Below, piece by piece: positions 30,134 to 64,000 of a stretch of DNA of 64,000 nt. The stretch spans positions 1,116,001 to 1,180,000 of the forward strand of contig NC_092673.1 of NCBI RefSeq assembly GCF_964355755.1, written 5' to 3'. Under the pieces are notes generated by a model that was given only the letters and a program-made list of their open reading frames with translations, was not told the origin of the DNA and did not search any database. The translations under genes were made by a program, and so were the position numbers. The DNA is from Antedon mediterranea (lineage: Eukaryota > Animalia > Echinodermata). The first letter of the stretch is position 1. Every line of letters starts with the position of its first letter.

Positions 30134-31651
30134 TCAAACTTTATTAATTAATTGATTTGTGTGATTTTGGTCTGTCTAAAAGAATTTTATAATTGCATCA
30201 TATTATTTACATTATGGATGATATATTGTTATATTTACACTATTTGCCAGTTAAAGAAAAACAATTTTTCCGTGTATTTTTTAAAATTTGATTTATCTTC
30301 AACAAATTTAAAAACTTATAAGTTGGAACTACCAACCAAGCACAATCTACTGTACATGGCTGAAATTTATACTAACCATTTTTAATAAGGATGATTAAAA
30401 GTATTTTTTATACTACGCACAATTATAAGCTTTGAATAGCGTAGTATTTTGGTAGTAGGTGCATTAGATGGTCATTGTGAAGGCAATATAGTACATTGGT
30501 AATATCGTGTAGAGGTTGCTGCTTATGGAAGCCTTGACCTTCTCTTGAACTGTATTTGGAGTTATGACCCAATGAACATAAACTGTACCTCAAAAGCGTA
30601 ATACCAGATGAAGAAACTAGGAAAAAATCATGCAATAAACTGTATTTTGGGGCTAAATTCCCTCGTATACTATATATTCATAAATCAATTTTCCATTCAA
30701 ATTCCATATTAATATAATCAGTCATATATCATTCCTAGATAATCATTCTGAACTTTCAGACTTCAAAATAGCTAAATACTAATAGTCAAGTTCCACATCA
30801 TCTTTTATTTTTTATTTGTCCTAAAATCCAATGACATTGGTATTTGTTATTGAACTAAATGTTCACATCAATAACTTGTAATTGAGTGATTTTTGTATAA
30901 ATTTCAATCTTTATTATTAACCAACAATTGTTGTCATGAATTGAATCACGATAAATACAATATGGTTATTTTTAGTCTTTTATTTATTCTCTATTCTACA
31001 TAAAATATCAGTTATATATTCTTGGATTCTTTCAATAATTGAAAATTAAATCTAGGAGTGCAATTTGCTGTACATTATACCATTGAGGATTAAATACACA
31101 TTTTTGTCCTCTTATCTTTTATATTTCTGCTTGAATGCTTTTTGTAATTTACTTGATCAATTTAGTCCCTACATATTTAAAGAATTTGCTTCAAAAAGAA
31201 GTTTTAATTGGCTAATTTAATATGTATAGTTGTTGGTTTAGAATATAAACTTGACCTATTTGTAGATGATATGGTATAGTGATCACAAGCTAAACATTAT
31301 TCAAAATGATATTGACTATTGATAACACACAAATTCACCCTGTATAGAGTAAGGTATGATTGACAGTGTCATTGTAACACCTGACATGGGTAGGTACATG
31401 TACTTGGTCAGGTATTCCCGTACATGTCATTCTAAAGGGAACATGCACAATGCACCTTGATTTGTCTGTTTACAGCACTCTCTTGTTCTCAAAACAAAGC
31501 AACTTGATTTCAGTCTATTATCCTTCGTGGGCTAATTCCCATTGTGTGTTTTTATCTTCTACTAGGAATAAGGGTTCCTACTCTGATGTAAGGGGAAGGT
31601 GAAATTAGCCAGTTATAGATTCTCCAGTAATGAAGTAGGAACATATTAGCG

Positions 31652-61517
<29,866 letters not shown>

Positions 61518-62932
61518 GTGACAACGAGCAACAAGAATCAGAATTTTGAGCACATTTGAAAATTTAAAATTGAACCAATCGGAACAGAAACATTAATGGC
61601 AACTGGCCAATTGAGAGACTTGTTACATGTGTGCTCTTAATACTGAAGTATTGAAGCTTTTATCGCTGCAGAAATGGATGAGATGAACAATAGTATTCAG
61701 ATATATGATATGATGTTATGAGGAGAAGAAGAAAAAGAAGAAGAATATATATTTTTAAGTATTTACAATGTTTTAGTTGAATAGTTTTGGAAGGAATAAG
61801 TTTAAAGATAACGGGCGGACTTGATGTCTTTCTGTCTTGCATTGTATAGTAGTTAAAAATTTGATATTATTTAATTCAATCTAATTTGTTACATTATTCT
61901 ACCGATACACTGGTGCTAATCTCTCCGTCTCTACACAGACGATTGTTTTGGGATGTTTATTTTAGAATATGCCTTGATAAAAAGTGTGAACATTCGGTTG
62001 AAAAATATTGAGTTTGATCGCAGCTTTGTAAAGTATGTGCTGCGTATTATTGCCTTGGTTACAATCAATTGCGAAGAAGCAATTTTTTTTATTAATCGAG
62101 AAGATTTAAGTTAAATTATATTAAAATGACACCAGTGAAAAAGTGTTAATATATAAGAGTAATTAAATTAGGACAAAGATAGCTACCTTATATTGAACAT
62201 TTTGTTATCAGCTCGTGTATTCATTGTTCGTGTATTTCATAAGGAAAATATTTTATATAAAAAGTTTGATTTTTGCATACTATTTTCGTTGAAATAATTG
62301 AAAATGTAGAGAAAGACAAAGGGGCAAAAAGCTATTTTTCCAAACCAACCCTCCGAATATTTTTGCTTTGGTACGCTCTTTATAGTTTTACCCATAGATG
62401 TATATAAATGTACAATTGACATTAGCTGTTGTAGGGAGTGTACTACATAGTGAAACGAGAAAGCAGAGTCTTTTTAAAACATTTTTTTTTTTTTCAGATT
62501 AAGGGATATAAAACATTTAAGTGTACAATGTGAAAATCTGAACATTATGTCTAGAATCCACCGGTTTTTTTTTACATTTTTTCTACTGCCTCTATTATAT
62601 CTACAACTCAGTTTTTACCTATGTTTGGTATATAAAGTGTAAATTTTAGTTATAAGAAAATTTAAAGTGTATAAAAGGGCCAAAATGTTAACAAATTTAT
62701 ATATTCAGGTTCGCGTGGGTAATAACCAAATATGTTGTCATAGATATATAAGTTGATATATCTTCATACGCAGCATTTGTCCATTTTAACACATCTACTA
62801 TTTTTACTATAAATATAAGTTTATTAGTGATAAGAAATTAAAAAGTTTTTAATATTTTACAAATAATATCTATCTGCTGAATTTTTTCAGGAGTTGATAT
62901 AAGACACATTTTAGTATTTAAAATTGTGCAGT

Positions 62933-63007
62933 GTTAATCCATCAAGTTGTTAATCCATCAAGTTGTTAATCCATCAAGTTGTTAATCCATCAAGTTGTTA
63001 ATCCATA
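62933..63007. repeat. 16-bp tandem repeat x ~4.5 in the putative 3' UTR
   Basis: Unit gttaatccatcaagtt. Confidence 0.85.
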
Positions 63008-63403
63008 TTGCTTTCCAAGTTGTTAATCTAAGGTTTGATTTTCTACACATTTGGTACAAATGTTATTTAGTCATTATACTTCAGTAAGAGTTTGTTATTT
63101 GTGTCAAAGGTCAGGACAATCAGCATGCACTTTTTGTAATACACTTTTTATTCTACAAATCGTGTTTATTACATATCAAATGTGTTGAGTGAATCAAATT
63201 AATTTTATGAAAAAGAAATATTTTATTTATGAAAAAAAAAGATTATTTCATTGGTATTTGATTTATTTTAAAACATTGGTTTAAACAATTGCAAATTTGG
63301 ATCGGCCAATAATTGGATATGGATCTATTTGAGATTGCCTGGTATATGATAAATAGTCACCCTGTATGTTAATATCGTTTTGGTTGCTTTTGCAAATTTT
63401 GGT

Positions 63404-63452
63404 AATAAAATAAGTTTGTTCCAAGCATTAGTGTGTGTTGTTGTTTTTTGTG
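63404..63452 (+). terminator. Probable FGFR polyadenylation signal (AATAAA plus GT-rich downstream element); implies a 3' UTR of about 1.9 kb
   Basis: AATAAA at 63404-63409 followed about 20 nt later by gtgtgtgttgttgttttttgtg. Confidence 0.5.
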
Positions 63453-64000
63453 ACATGCATTTTTTCGAAAATGACTCTTTTAGCTTTTTGGGCTATTTAG
63501 GGAATGATACACCTTGTGGTATATTCAGATATTCAAAATTTCAACTAGAAATATGAAATTTAAAAATCAAAATACAACTCAATTACAAGTGTGTGCTACT
63601 ATTGTCACCAAAGACTAACTCAACTACAAATGCCATGAAAGACTCACTCAATTGACATATTAACACCTATTATGTCATAGGAAACCCATTCAAGTGCACA
63701 ACAATGGTGTTAATTGCACAGCAAGCTGTGTAATGTTGTTGTTTTAAACATAAAATAATTTGGTACTGCCCTACGAATAATTGTCAAAAATTATTTTATT
63801 CAATACTCACTTAAACTTGTTTAGTTATTATTAGAGTATTAATTTTATTTCTGTGACATGCGCAGAACCCATTCGCATCTGCTCATGTTTATTATGCTAT
63901 AGTAACCATTTATGTCAAAACTGGTTACTATAGCACAATTGACATTGACATGTCAAAAAATAAAAGAGTCGAAAATCGGCCATTTTTTAAAATTTCCCTG

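Overview
AT-rich, intron-rich metazoan genomic DNA (invertebrate deuterostome-like, possibly echinoderm; inferred, not proven). The window holds one protein-coding gene, a + strand fibroblast growth factor receptor (FGFR) that I assembled by hand from 18 phase-compatible core coding exons (ATG 31652 to TGA 61517, about 896 aa). Its architecture is signal peptide, four Ig domains (D2-like, D1-like, D2, D3; no acid box), TM helix, split tyrosine kinase and a tail with the YLEL PLC-gamma site ending in ESTV. The most notable signals are: (i) an apparent internal duplication of the D2 exon pair; (ii) a candidate alternative-splicing module inside the D3 intron, with a 12-nt microexon, a 117-nt two-Cys cassette exon, an 8-nt frameshifting microexon, a dense TGCATG cluster and a 16x52-bp VNTR; (iii) a 63-nt Tyr-rich juxtamembrane cassette exon; (iv) two minimal hammerhead ribozymes facing each other next to a tRNA-derived head at about 15.3-15.7 kb. 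The first 31 kb is non-coding and full of MITEs and LINE/SINE/Penelope-like remnants. Nearly all ORFs in the supplied track are spurious or partial exons. All exon calls rest on splice signals, phase and homology recalled from known FGFRs; no expression data were available.
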